DNA from: a bacterium
GTDB taxonomy: Bacteria > Sysuimicrobiota > Sysuimicrobiia > Sysuimicrobiales > Humicultoraceae
Reading direction: 5' to 3'
Assembly: GCA_041497675.1 (NCBI GenBank)
Contig: JBGQGY010000007.1
Span: 1 to 60,528, forward strand
DNA: 60,528 bases
The position numbers and the translations under genes were made by a program. Position 1 is the first letter of the stretch; every line of letters begins with the position of its first letter. Below are positions 27,589-36,565 of this stretch, piece after piece. The notes below the pieces were generated by a model. That model had not been told where the DNA came from and ran no database searches. It was given only the letters and a program-made list of their open reading frames with translations.

Positions 27589-28809
27589 GTCCGCCAACCC
27601 GCCGTTGCCGTCGCGGGCCGATTTTTCGGCGGTCGCGGCGACCGCTAGATAGCGCGCGGCCGCGTCGTGCTCGGCGCGCATCTGATGGTACAGTCCCAAC
27701 GCCTTTGCCGCCTCCGCAAGCTCTGCGTGTGCCCCGAGTCCGGCCATCTGAGCCACGGCGTCCGCCAGCATCGCCACCGCCTCGCCCTGCCGGCCCTGCG
27801 CCAGAAGTGCGCGGCCGCGCAGCGCCGCGATCCGGGGCGCTGCGGCGGTGGCAGGGGCGTCTGCCATTGACGACGCTTCATCGGCGGCGCGCAGCGCAAG
27901 CACGGTATTGCCTGCGGCCAGCGCGGCGCCGCCGAGAACCAACAGGGCCAGCAGACGCTTCTTGGCGTTGCCGTGCTGGGCAAACAGACGCGCCGCGGCC
28001 TGCAGATGAACGACGGCATCGACATGCGCTCCGTCGAGACCGAGGACCATGCCCAGTCTGAAACGCGCGTCGGCGTGGAGCGTCTCCATCTGCTGCCGCT
28101 CGGCAAGCGTCGCCGCGGACTGCAACCGGCGCCGCGCCTGCCTGAGGTCGCCGGCCTGCACCGCGGTGGCGGCGATCCCAAAGAGCGCACGCGCGGTGAG
28201 GTCTGGGTGCCGCGAGCTCTTTCGCGAAAGACCCAGCGCCCGCTGGAACGCCGCGGTGGCGGCCCGCGTGTCGTCACGGCGCAGCATCAGCAGTCCGGCC
28301 GTGAGTTCCTTGCGGATGCGCATCCGCTGGCCCACCGAGGACGCGAGCGCGCCGGCTTCTTCGATCAATGGGTCGGCTCGGTGGAGCGCGCCCGTGCGGA
28401 TCTCGATTTCAGCCAGGAGTAATGCCGCCTCCGCGCGATGTTCGTCCCATCCCGCGGCCGACGCCATCTCGGAGGCCACGCCGAGGACGCGGCGCGCCAG
28501 CGTCTCATCGCCTTCACGCGCCGCGTCGCGCGCCCAACGCAGCAGGCCTTCCATGCCTGCGAGATGCTGATCGGCGTTGTCGCCGGCGACCGTCGACAAC
28601 GACATCCGCAGTCGACGGCTGAGAAACCGCAGGGTATCGAGCGAGGGATCGGCAAAACCGCCTTCGAGCTGACTGATGAAACTTTTCGTGTAGTCCGGCG
28701 CAGCGAGATCGGCCTGCGTCAACTCAAGCTCGCGCCGTCGTTGGCGAATACGAGGACCAATTGGCGCATCTTCAGGAGATACGTGGCGTCGGGAAGGGTG
28801 TCGGCCCAC
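27577..28809 (-). CDS. Second XRE-HTH + TPR regulator, convergent
   Basis: IGPRIRQRRRELELTQADLA..DYTKSFISQLE.G.ADPSLDTLRFLSRRL, followed by Ala-rich TPR-like helices. GTG at 28809 after GAGAGG preferred, 28851 possible. Confidence 0.82.
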   Translation of the reverse strand: MGRHPSRRHVSPEDAPIGPRIRQRRRELELTQADLAAPDYTKSFISQLEGGFADPSLDTLRFLSRRLRMSLSTVAGDNADQHLAGMEGLLRWARDAAREGDETLARRVLGVASEMASAAGWDEHRAEAALLLAEIEIRTGALHRADPLIEEAGALASSVGQRMRIRKELTAGLLMLRRDDTRAATAAFQRALGLSRKSSRHPDLTARALFGIAATAVQAGDLRQARRRLQSAATLAERQQMETLHADARFRLGMVLGLDGAHVDAVVHLQAAARLFAQHGNAKKRLLALLVLGGAALAAGNTVLALRAADEASSMADAPATAAAPRIAALRGRALLAQGRQGEAVAMLADAVAQMAGLGAHAELAEAAKALGLYHQMRAEHDAAARYLAVAATAEKSARDGNGGLADLDS

Positions 28810-28918
28810 GTGCACCCTCTCAGGCGAGTCTTGCGACACATTAGAACACATCGGGTGCGGACAGGGAACAGGCGTCTAAAATGTTAGCTATGCTCTACTC
28901 TCAGAGACGGGGCTCAAC

Positions 28919-28947
28919 TTGACACTCAACGGGGTCTCTGCTATACG
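28919..28947 (+). promoter_or_regulatory. Sigma70-type promoter for hom
   Basis: TTGACA (28919-28924), 17-nt spacer, TATACG (28942-28947) with extended TGn. Confidence 0.6.
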
Positions 28948-28982
28948 GGGTGCAACGCAATCGGAGGGATTCAGTAGCAGCG

Positions 28983-30275
28983 ATGCGGTCGCGCGCGGGT
29001 GAATGCCGGATTGGGTTGTTGGGATTGGGGACCGTTGGGTCGGCGGTCGCCGGGCTGCTTCTGCGCTCTCAGGACGAGATCGCGCGGCGGGCCGGGCTGC
29101 CCATCCGGCTGCGGAGCGTCGCCGTGGCCCATACCGACCGGGCGAGGACCGTCACGCTGCCCGATGGCATCCTGACCGGTGACGCCGGATCAGTCGTGAC
29201 CGATCCCGCCGTGGATGTCGTCGTCGAGGTGATGGGTGGCATCGAGCCCGCGCGCACGCACATCCTCCGCGCGCTGGCCGCGGGCAAGTCTGTGGTCACG
29301 GCCAACAAGCAACTGATGTCCACGCGTGGCGAGGAACTGTTGGCCGCCTCAGCGGAGCGCGGGGTCGATCTCTTCTTCGAAGCCAGTGCGTGCGGCGGCA
29401 TCCCCATCATCAAGACGATCCGCGAGTCGCTGGCCGCCAATGATATTACGCAGATCATGGGAATCGTGAACGGCACGACGAACTTTATCCTGACGCGGAT
29501 GGCGCAGGATGGGGTCGGGTTTGGCGAGGCGCTCGCAGAAGCGCAGCGGCTGGGTTACGCGGAGGCCGACCCGACCGACGACGTTGATGGGCATGACGCG
29601 GCGGCGAAACTCGCGATCCTGGCGTCGGCCGCGTTTGACAGCCGCGTAGTGAGTGCCGACGTCTACCGCGAAGGCGTAGCCAACATCACACCCCGGGTCA
29701 TCACGTATGCGCGTGAGATGGGGTATGTGGTGAAATTGCTTGCGATCGCCCGAAGCGTCGAAGGGGCGATCGAAGCGCGCGTCCATCCCGCCTTGCTGCC
29801 CCAGACGCACCCGCTCGCCGGGGTTGGCCACGAATTGAACGCGGTGCTCATCGAGGCCGAGCCCGCGGGGCCGATCGTGCTGCAGGGTCGTGGGGCCGGC
29901 GGGGGGCCGACGGCCAGCGCCGTGGTCGGAGACCTGATCGACGTCGCCCGCAACTTGAGGGCCGGGGCGTGCAACCGGATCAGGAGTAGCGGCGGGCATC
30001 GGCGTCCCGTGAAGGAGATGGCCGACGTGGTGTTGGCCTACTGCGTCTCGCTGGTGGTCGCCGATCGGCCGGGCGTCTTTGCGCAGGTCGCGGGAGCGTT
30101 CGGTGAAGAGCGGGTGAGTATCGCTTCGATCGTGCAGAAGAGCCGGGGGGTGACGGCGGATGTCGTGCTGGTCACCCACGAAGCGCCGGAGGCGGCGATG
30201 CGCCGGACGCTGGCGCGCCTTCACCGGCTCAATGTGGTGGCAGACGTCCACGCCGTGTTGCGTATCGCGGCGTGA
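28983..30275 (+). CDS. hom: Homoserine dehydrogenase with C-terminal ACT domain
   Basis: GLLGLGTVG, VVTANK, FEAS.CGGIP, NGTTNFIL, GYAEADP..DVDG.DAAAK, DRPGVF. Confidence 0.93.
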   Translation: MRSRAGECRIGLLGLGTVGSAVAGLLLRSQDEIARRAGLPIRLRSVAVAHTDRARTVTLPDGILTGDAGSVVTDPAVDVVVEVMGGIEPARTHILRALAAGKSVVTANKQLMSTRGEELLAASAERGVDLFFEASACGGIPIIKTIRESLAANDITQIMGIVNGTTNFILTRMAQDGVGFGEALAEAQRLGYAEADPTDDVDGHDAAAKLAILASAAFDSRVVSADVYREGVANITPRVITYAREMGYVVKLLAIARSVEGAIEARVHPALLPQTHPLAGVGHELNAVLIEAEPAGPIVLQGRGAGGGPTASAVVGDLIDVARNLRAGACNRIRSSGGHRRPVKEMADVVLAYCVSLVVADRPGVFAQVAGAFGEERVSIASIVQKSRGVTADVVLVTHEAPEAAMRRTLARLHRLNVVADVHAVLRIAA

Positions 30276-30342
30276 GGGCCCGGTGTTTCACGCCGGGGCC
30301 GGTGTTCACGCCGCTGTAGGTGATCGAGAGGGGTAGGGTCAC

Positions 30343-31563
30343 GTGGCACTGATCGTGCAGAAGTACGGTGGCTCCTCGATGGCGAACGCCGAGCGTCTGC
30401 GGCATGTGGCGTCGCGTGTGGTGGGCGCGCGCAGGGCCGGTCACGACGTTGTGGTGGTTGTGTCTGCTCCAGGCGACATGACCGATGACCTGATCGCGCG
30501 CGCGCGCGAAATCAGTGCGCGTCCACCGGCGCGCGAGATGGACATGCTCATGGCCGTGGGCGAGCAGATCTCGATCGCGCTGCTGTCCATGGCTATCCAT
30601 GAGCTGGGGCAGGGCGCCATCTCGCTGACCGGAAGCCAGGTGCGGATTCTGACCGACGGCGTACATATGAAGGCGCGCGTACTGGAAGTCGACCGCCGCC
30701 GCATCGACGAAGAACTCGGGCGCAGCCGTGTGGTCGTGGTCGCGGGGTTCCAGGGCGTGACTCCCGACCACGAGATCACCACATTGGGCCGTGGCGGCTC
30801 GGATGTGACCGCGGTGGCCTTGGCCTCCGCGCTGGGGGCGGACTCGTGCGAGATCTACACCGACGTCCCCGGCGTGTTCACCGCCGATCCGCGGATCGCC
30901 CCGGACGCGCGAAAACTCGACCGCCTGTCGTACGATGAGATGCTCGAGATGGCCAGCAGCGGCGCCGTGGTCTTGCAGACCCGATCGGTGGAGTATGCGA
31001 AAGCCTACCGCGTCAGACTGCACGTGCGGTCGACATGGAGCGAAGAGCCCGGCACGGTGGTAGAGGAGGTCCTTGCGATGGAACGCGTTCGCCTGGTCAC
31101 GGGGGTGGCCCACGACCTCAACGTCGGGCGCATCACGATCCGGAACATCCCGGACGTCCCCGGCATCGCCCATCGGATTTTCTCGGCGCTGGCCGGCCGG
31201 CATGTCAACGTCGACATGATCGTCCAAACGGCCAGCCGTGACGGCCGCGCGGACATTTCGTTTACGGTCACGAAGGCCGATGCGCAGGCCGCGGAGGAGG
31301 TGACCCGGGCCGTGGCGCGCGAGATCGGGGGCGGCGACGTCGCGGCGGCTGAGGACGTGGCGAAGATCTCGGTCGTTGGCGCCGGGATGGCCAGCAACCC
31401 GGGTGTCGCGTCAACGATGTTCGGCGCGCTGGCCGGTGAGGGCGTGAACATCCAGATGATCAGCACGTCCGAAATCAAGATTTCCTGCATCATCCCCGCC
31501 GACGACGCATCGAAGGCGGTGCGGGCGGTGCACCGCGCGTTCAACCTCGACTCGATGCGGTAG
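30343..31563 (+). CDS. lysC: Aspartate kinase (alpha2-beta2 type)
   Basis: [31 protein letters not shown], two ACT domains, ISTSEIKIS. Confidence 0.95.
   Translation: MALIVQKYGGSSMANAERLRHVASRVVGARRAGHDVVVVVSAPGDMTDDLIARAREISARPPAREMDMLMAVGEQISIALLSMAIHELGQGAISLTGSQVRILTDGVHMKARVLEVDRRRIDEELGRSRVVVVAGFQGVTPDHEITTLGRGGSDVTAVALASALGADSCEIYTDVPGVFTADPRIAPDARKLDRLSYDEMLEMASSGAVVLQTRSVEYAKAYRVRLHVRSTWSEEPGTVVEEVLAMERVRLVTGVAHDLNVGRITIRNIPDVPGIAHRIFSALAGRHVNVDMIVQTASRDGRADISFTVTKADAQAAEEVTRAVAREIGGGDVAAAEDVAKISVVGAGMASNPGVASTMFGALAGEGVNIQMISTSEIKISCIIPADDASKAVRAVHRAFNLDSMR
31078..31563 (+). CDS. Aspartate kinase beta subunit (in-frame internal start at Met246)
   Basis: Strong SD GAGGAGGT (31063-31070) 7 nt before the in-frame ATG at 31078, at the start of the ACT domains. 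Confidence 0.65.
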   Translation: MERVRLVTGVAHDLNVGRITIRNIPDVPGIAHRIFSALAGRHVNVDMIVQTASRDGRADISFTVTKADAQAAEEVTRAVAREIGGGDVAAAEDVAKISVVGAGMASNPGVASTMFGALAGEGVNIQMISTSEIKISCIIPADDASKAVRAVHRAFNLDSMR

Positions 31564-31647
31564 CCGGACCGCCGTTCACGGGAACCTTTCTTCCATGTCG
31601 TTCGTTGACAGGCCAGTGCTAAGATGGACGGGCAAGGGAAGGGTCTG

Positions 31648-32445
31648 ATGGCGATGCAGGACATCATGGAGCCCGCGGGGTCATTGTACGCTCCGGCCGC
31701 CGCCGGGCCGGATGAACTCGCGGCGGCGTACGTCCAGTCCCGTGACCGTGGGGTACGCGAGGCGCTCGTGCGAGTGTGCGCACCGCTCGTCCGCGGCGTG
31801 GCGTCGGACTACCGTAACCCGCTTCAGGGTGAGGACCTGATCCAGGTGGGGTTCCTGGGGCTGCTCAACGCGATCGAACACTTCGACCCGACACGCGGCA
31901 CACCGTTCCTGGCGTTTGCCCGGCATTTCGTCCACGGTGAGATCCGCCACTATCTTCGCGATCACAACAGCATCGTCCGGCGGCCCCGGTGGATGGAGCG
32001 CGTCACCTGGCAGATCGAGCAGGCAGTCGGCGAGCACCTCAGTGTGTACGGTCGGTACCCCGGGCTGGAGGTGCTGGCCGAATCGCTGAGTATGGACGTG
32101 GACGGGCTGGTGGAAATCCTCAAGACGCGTCAGGTTGTGCGCACCTTGTCTCTCGACGCTGAGGATGACGAGGGCCAGCCAAGCGTCGATGCGGATCGAT
32201 CACGGCACCAGCATCAGGCCGTCACGGTCGAATGGCTACACGAAGATCGTCTGGCGGTGATGGAGGCCCTGGAGCGACTCAACACGCTGCAGCGCGCCGT
32301 CGTCTTCTATATCTACTTCACCGACCTGACGCAGGCCGAGACCGCCGCGCGCCTTGGTGTATCGCAGAAACACATCTCCCGGGTGCTCGCGATCGCCCTG
32401 GCGAAGCTTCGGCAGATGTTGGGCCCGGTTCCGCCAGACCGCTAA
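31648..32445 (+). CDS. Alternative RNA polymerase sigma factor, SigB/SigF/SigG family
   Basis: EDLIQVGFLGLLNAIEHFDP.RG..F..FA...V.GEIRHYLRD; region 4 TQAETAARLGVSQKHISR. Confidence 0.88.
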   Translation: MAMQDIMEPAGSLYAPAAAGPDELAAAYVQSRDRGVREALVRVCAPLVRGVASDYRNPLQGEDLIQVGFLGLLNAIEHFDPTRGTPFLAFARHFVHGEIRHYLRDHNSIVRRPRWMERVTWQIEQAVGEHLSVYGRYPGLEVLAESLSMDVDGLVEILKTRQVVRTLSLDAEDDEGQPSVDADRSRHQHQAVTVEWLHEDRLAVMEALERLNTLQRAVVFYIYFTDLTQAETAARLGVSQKHISRVLAIALAKLRQMLGPVPPDR

Positions 32446-32480
32446 CGTCGGGCTGCGCGGGCGCCGGGCGCCATGGGCGC

Positions 32481-34436
32481 CTACCCGCCGGCTTCTTCCT
32501 CGTACCGCTCCTTCAGGCTCTGGACGACCGTGGAGTCGGCCAGGGTGGTGGTGTCACCGAGCACTCGGCCCTCCGCGATGTCGCGGAGCAGCCGTCGCAT
32601 GATCTTCCCGCTGCGCGTCTTGGGCAGTTCGGCCGTGAAGAGGATGCGGTCGGGTTTGGCGATGGCGCCGATCTTGTCGGCCACGTGGCCGCGCAGCTCT
32701 TCGACCATCGCGCCGTCGCCGACATTGCCTTCTTTGAGCGTCACGAACGCCGCCAGGGCCTGGCCTTTGATCTCGTGGCTCATCCCAATCACCGCCGCTT
32801 CGGCGACCTTGGGGTGTGAGACGAGGGCGCTCTCCACCTCCATCGTCCCGATGCGGTGCCCCGCCACGTTGATCACATCGTCGACCCGGCCCAGCAGCCA
32901 GAAGTACCCGTCGCTGTCCTTCCGCGCGCCGTCGCCGGTAAAGTAGAGACCGGGGAAGCGCGACCAGTACACCTGCTGGTAGCGGTCTGGGTCGCCGTAG
33001 ATGCCGCGGAGCATCGCGGGCCATGGGCGTCTGAGTACCAGATAGCCACCGACATCCGCCGGGACGGGGTTGCCTTGTTCATCCACGACGTCGGCTTCGA
33101 TGCCCGGGAACGGCTTCGTGGCCGAGCCCGGTTTCAGCGTGGTCAGCCCGGGGAGTGGGGTAATCAGGATCATGCCGGTCTCGGTCTGCCACCAGGTGTC
33201 CACGACGGGACAGCGGTCGCCGCCGATCGTCGTCCGGTACCACATCCAGGCTTCGGGATGGATCGGCTCGCCAACGGTGCCAAGCAGGCGCAGTGTCGAC
33301 AGATCGTGACGGCCGGGCCAGTCGGCGCCCCACTTAATGAACGTCCGGATGGCGGTCGGCGCCGTGTACAGGACCGTCACGCCGTACTTCTCGACGATCG
33401 CCCAGAAGCGATCCTTCTCGGGCCAGTCGGGGGTGCCCTCGTACATCACGGTCGTGGCGCCGTTGGCCAACGGGCCGTACACGATATACGAATGGCCCGT
33501 GACCCAGCCGATGTCGGCCGTGCACCAGTAGACGTCGTCCTCTTTGAGATCGAACACCAACTTCGTGGTGAGATACGTGCCGACCATGTACCCGCCCGTC
33601 GTGTGCACGATGCCCTTGGGTTTGCCGGTCGTGCCACTGGTGTAGAGGATGTAGAGCAGATCCTCGCTCTCCATCTCTTCGGCCGGGCAGTCCAACCGCA
33701 TCCCTTCCACCGCTCGGTGCCACCAGCGGTCTCGGCCTTCGACCATCGTGATGTTGGCCGGCTCGCCGATCCGGCGGACGACGAGCACCTTCTGGACCGT
33801 CGGCGTGTCGGTGATCGCTTGATCGACGTTGCGCTTGAGCGGGACAATCTGCCCGCGCCGGTAGCCGCCGTCGGCGGTGATCACGACCTTGGCCTGGGAG
33901 TCGTTGATCCGGTCGCGCAGCGCCTCCGCCGAGAAACCGCCAAAGACCACAGTGTGCGCTGCGCCAATCCGCGCGCACGCCAGCATGGCGATCGGCAACT
34001 CGGGGATCATCCCCAGATAGATGGCCACGCGGTCGCCGCGCTGCACGCCCATGGCCAAGAGGGCGTTCGCGCAGCGGTTCACCTCGCGGGCCAGGTCCCA
34101 ATAGGTCAGCACGCGGGACTCGCCCGGTTCGCCCTCCCAGATAATCGCGGCCTTGTTGCGACGCGCGGTCTTCAGATGCCGGTCGAGACAGTTGTACGCG
34201 ATGTTGGTCCGGCCGCCGACGAACCACTTGGCAAACGGCACGTTCCAATCCAGCACTGTGTCCCACGGGCGAAACCAGTGGAGCTCGCCGGCGATCTTTG
34301 CCCAAAACCCTTCGGGGTCGCGGCGGGCGCTCTCATAGAGCGACTCGTCGTTGGCCGTGGCTCGAGCCCGGAAGGTCTCCGGCGGCGTGAACGTGCGGCG
34401 TTCAACAAGCAGCGATTCGATCGGACGGGTGGACAT
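32481..34436 (-). CDS. acs: Acetyl-CoA synthetase
   Basis: [49 protein letters not shown] at 34436 after GGAGG. Confidence 0.95.
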   Translation of the reverse strand: MSTRPIESLLVERRTFTPPETFRARATANDESLYESARRDPEGFWAKIAGELHWFRPWDTVLDWNVPFAKWFVGGRTNIAYNCLDRHLKTARRNKAAIIWEGEPGESRVLTYWDLAREVNRCANALLAMGVQRGDRVAIYLGMIPELPIAMLACARIGAAHTVVFGGFSAEALRDRINDSQAKVVITADGGYRRGQIVPLKRNVDQAITDTPTVQKVLVVRRIGEPANITMVEGRDRWWHRAVEGMRLDCPAEEMESEDLLYILYTSGTTGKPKGIVHTTGGYMVGTYLTTKLVFDLKEDDVYWCTADIGWVTGHSYIVYGPLANGATTVMYEGTPDWPEKDRFWAIVEKYGVTVLYTAPTAIRTFIKWGADWPGRHDLSTLRLLGTVGEPIHPEAWMWYRTTIGGDRCPVVDTWWQTETGMILITPLPGLTTLKPGSATKPFPGIEADVVDEQGNPVPADVGGYLVLRRPWPAMLRGIYGDPDRYQQVYWSRFPGLYFTGDGARKDSDGYFWLLGRVDDVINVAGHRIGTMEVESALVSHPKVAEAAVIGMSHEIKGQALAAFVTLKEGNVGDGAMVEELRGHVADKIGAIAKPDRILFTAELPKTRSGKIMRRLLRDIAEGRVLGDTTTLADSTVVQSLKERYEEEAGG

Positions 34437-34556
34437 GTTCAGCCTCCGAGCGCAAAGAATCAGAAGGATAGTTTCCACTCGGGGGCGATGAATCCTACGC
34501 CGGATGGCGCTGCGACGGCAGGAAGGCGCTGGACCGGACAGAAGAGGGACCTGCCC

Positions 34557-35981
34557 ATGAGCGAGATCACTCGTCTGTCTGCGGCCGCCCTCGCGCGAGG
34601 CATCCGCGACGGCCGCCTCAGTTCGGTCGAGGTGACCGAGGCCTTCCTGGCGCGGGTCGGGGCGTTGGACGATCGGGTGGGCGCGTACGTGCGGGTGCTC
34701 GGCGAGCGGGCGCGCGCGGACGCGCAGGCGCGCGACGCCGACGCCCGCGCCGGCCGTTTGCGCGGAAGCCTCCACGGCGTGCCGGTGGCGATCAAGGATC
34801 TGATCGAGATCGAAGGGGTCCCCATGACCGCCGGGTCATCCTTCCTGGGGCGCGAGCCTTCACGACAGACGGCCACGGTAGTGCGTCGCCTCGAGGCCGC
34901 CGGGGCGATCGTGCTGGGCACCACGACGCTGCATGAATTCGCGTTGGGTATGACCAGCGTGAACCCACACGGCCGGACCCCGCATAACCCCTGGAACCTG
35001 GACTGCATCACGGGAGGCTCGAGCGGCGGCTCCGCGGCCGCGGTCGCGGTGGGTCTGGCGGCGGCGGCGATCGGAACCGATACGGGCGGATCGATCCGGG
35101 TCCCCGCGGCGCTCTGCGGTATCGTGGGATTGAAGCCGACGTTCTCACGTGTCAGCCGGGCCGGTGTGCTGCCGCTCGCATCATCGTTCGACACGGTGGG
35201 ACCGATGACGCGGACCGTCGAGGACGCCGCGCTCATTCTCGGGGTCATCGCCGGCGCCGACCCCGCCGATCCGGACGCTGGCCAGACGGCGGTGGCGCCC
35301 TACGCTGACGAGATCACCCGCATGCCGTCAGGGATCACCGCGGGGCGGCTGAGCGGGTCGTTCTTCGAAGACGGTTTGGACCCCGCAATGGCCGGGGCGC
35401 TCGACAGCGCGACCCGCGTCCTCGAGGCGGCGCGGATTCCTGTGCGCCGCGTGCACCTGGCGCATGTTGAAGCCGGACAGCAGGCACAGGTGACCGTGCT
35501 GCTGTCTGAAGCGGCGGCATTCCACCGCAGGATGTTTCCCGGCCGCGAGGCCGACTATGGACCCGACGTGCGGCGTCTGCTCGCCGATGGCGGAGCCGCG
35601 TCACCGGACTCCGTTGCGCAGGCTCGGGGCGTGCTCGATCAACTGCGCGCGGAAGTGACGGATGTCCTCAAAGACACGCCGATATTGCTCGGCGCCGCCG
35701 TACCCATCGGCGCGCCGCAGATCGCGGACGTCGATCCGAGTCGCGAGCAGTGGTTCCACATTCGCCGGCTGCTCGGGCGCTTTTCGAGGCTCTACAACAC
35801 GACGGGTCTGCCGTCCATCGCGTTGCCTGCAGGCCTGACGGCTGGAGGACTGCCGGTAGCGCTGCAACTGGCGGCGGGGCCGTTCCAGGAGGCACTGCTG
35901 CTCGCGGTCGCCCGATGTCTCGAGGGCGCGATCGGATTCACCATCCCGGACCTGCCGGCGCGGAGCGGGGTCCGCCGGTGA
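34557..35981 (+). CDS. Amidase-signature family amidase (GatA-like)
   Basis: [33 protein letters not shown]. Confidence 0.9.
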   Translation: MSEITRLSAAALARGIRDGRLSSVEVTEAFLARVGALDDRVGAYVRVLGERARADAQARDADARAGRLRGSLHGVPVAIKDLIEIEGVPMTAGSSFLGREPSRQTATVVRRLEAAGAIVLGTTTLHEFALGMTSVNPHGRTPHNPWNLDCITGGSSGGSAAAVAVGLAAAAIGTDTGGSIRVPAALCGIVGLKPTFSRVSRAGVLPLASSFDTVGPMTRTVEDAALILGVIAGADPADPDAGQTAVAPYADEITRMPSGITAGRLSGSFFEDGLDPAMAGALDSATRVLEAARIPVRRVHLAHVEAGQQAQVTVLLSEAAAFHRRMFPGREADYGPDVRRLLADGGAASPDSVAQARGVLDQLRAEVTDVLKDTPILLGAAVPIGAPQIADVDPSREQWFHIRRLLGRFSRLYNTTGLPSIALPAGLTAGGLPVALQLAAGPFQEALLLAVARCLEGAIGFTIPDLPARSGVRR

Positions 35982-36565
35982 TGACCGGCGTGGCCGATCG
36001 ACGGTCTTCAAGCCTCTGGTCCGTGCCCCTGCTGATCGCATTGTGCGTGGCGACGTTCGGGCTCTACGTGTTCTACTGGTTCCACCACACGTGGCAATGG
36101 CTCGGTCGAATGGGGTACGTGCGCGGGAGCGCGGGATGGCGCACCGTGGTGTTTCTTCTCCCCGTCGTGAACATCGTGCTCGTGTACGAACTGTTCAATG
36201 CGATCCACGGCGCGGCCCGGGCGAAAGGGCTTCGGACATTCTCCACCCCGGGGGTGCTGACAGTTCTTGCGGTCATGCTCGGGGGTTTTTCCCTCCTGGT
36301 GGGCCTGTTCCCGGTGGTGCTGGCCATCACCGCGAGCCGGGCGCCCGAGATCCACGCGATCGTTTCGAGCGTGCCGTTTCGCAGCGGGCGCTTCGTCACC
36401 GCCGTCGCCGGCGCGGCGTCTGCGGCCGTGATTCCCGCTCTCTCGCAAGGAACCCTCAACGCGCTCCAGATCGACGGACCCGCGCGGCCTCCCCGCGCGT
36501 TTTCTCTGGTCGAGGCCGTCATTCTCACCGTCGGCGGAGTCTTGTGGCTGTTCAACCTTCTCTAA
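35981..36565 (+). CDS. Membrane protein (DUF4234-like)
   Basis: LL.L.VATFGLY.FYW...TW pattern and several TM segments. Confidence 0.6.
   Translation: MTGVADRRSSSLWSVPLLIALCVATFGLYVFYWFHHTWQWLGRMGYVRGSAGWRTVVFLLPVVNIVLVYELFNAIHGAARAKGLRTFSTPGVLTVLAVMLGGFSLLVGLFPVVLAITASRAPEIHAIVSSVPFRSGRFVTAVAGAASAAVIPALSQGTLNALQIDGPARPPRAFSLVEAVILTVGGVLWLFNLL

Noticed and set aside
25446..28950. Signalling locus as a prophage or integrative element
   Set aside because: No integrase, transposase, tRNA target or flanking direct repeats seen; coding GC looks like the rest of the window.
30276..30314. Short imperfect tandem repeat/hairpin GCCCGGTGTTTCACGCCG between hom and lysC as a lysine riboswitch or attenuator
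   Set aside because: The intergenic region is only 67 nt, far too short for a lysine riboswitch, and there is no leader peptide. At most a stabilising hairpin.
31605..31625. TTGACA...TAAGAT as a sigma70 promoter for the sigma factor gene
   Set aside because: Spacer is only 9 nt; only the extended -10 (TGCTAAGAT) is plausible.
32856..34556. Apparent 567-aa N-terminal extension of the amidase (1041-aa ORF)
   Set aside because: It is the antisense of acs; the amidase has its own SD and ATG at 34557.
34437..34775. N-terminal extension of acs in the ORF track
   Set aside because: Overlaps the divergent amidase; a good SD precedes ATG 34436.
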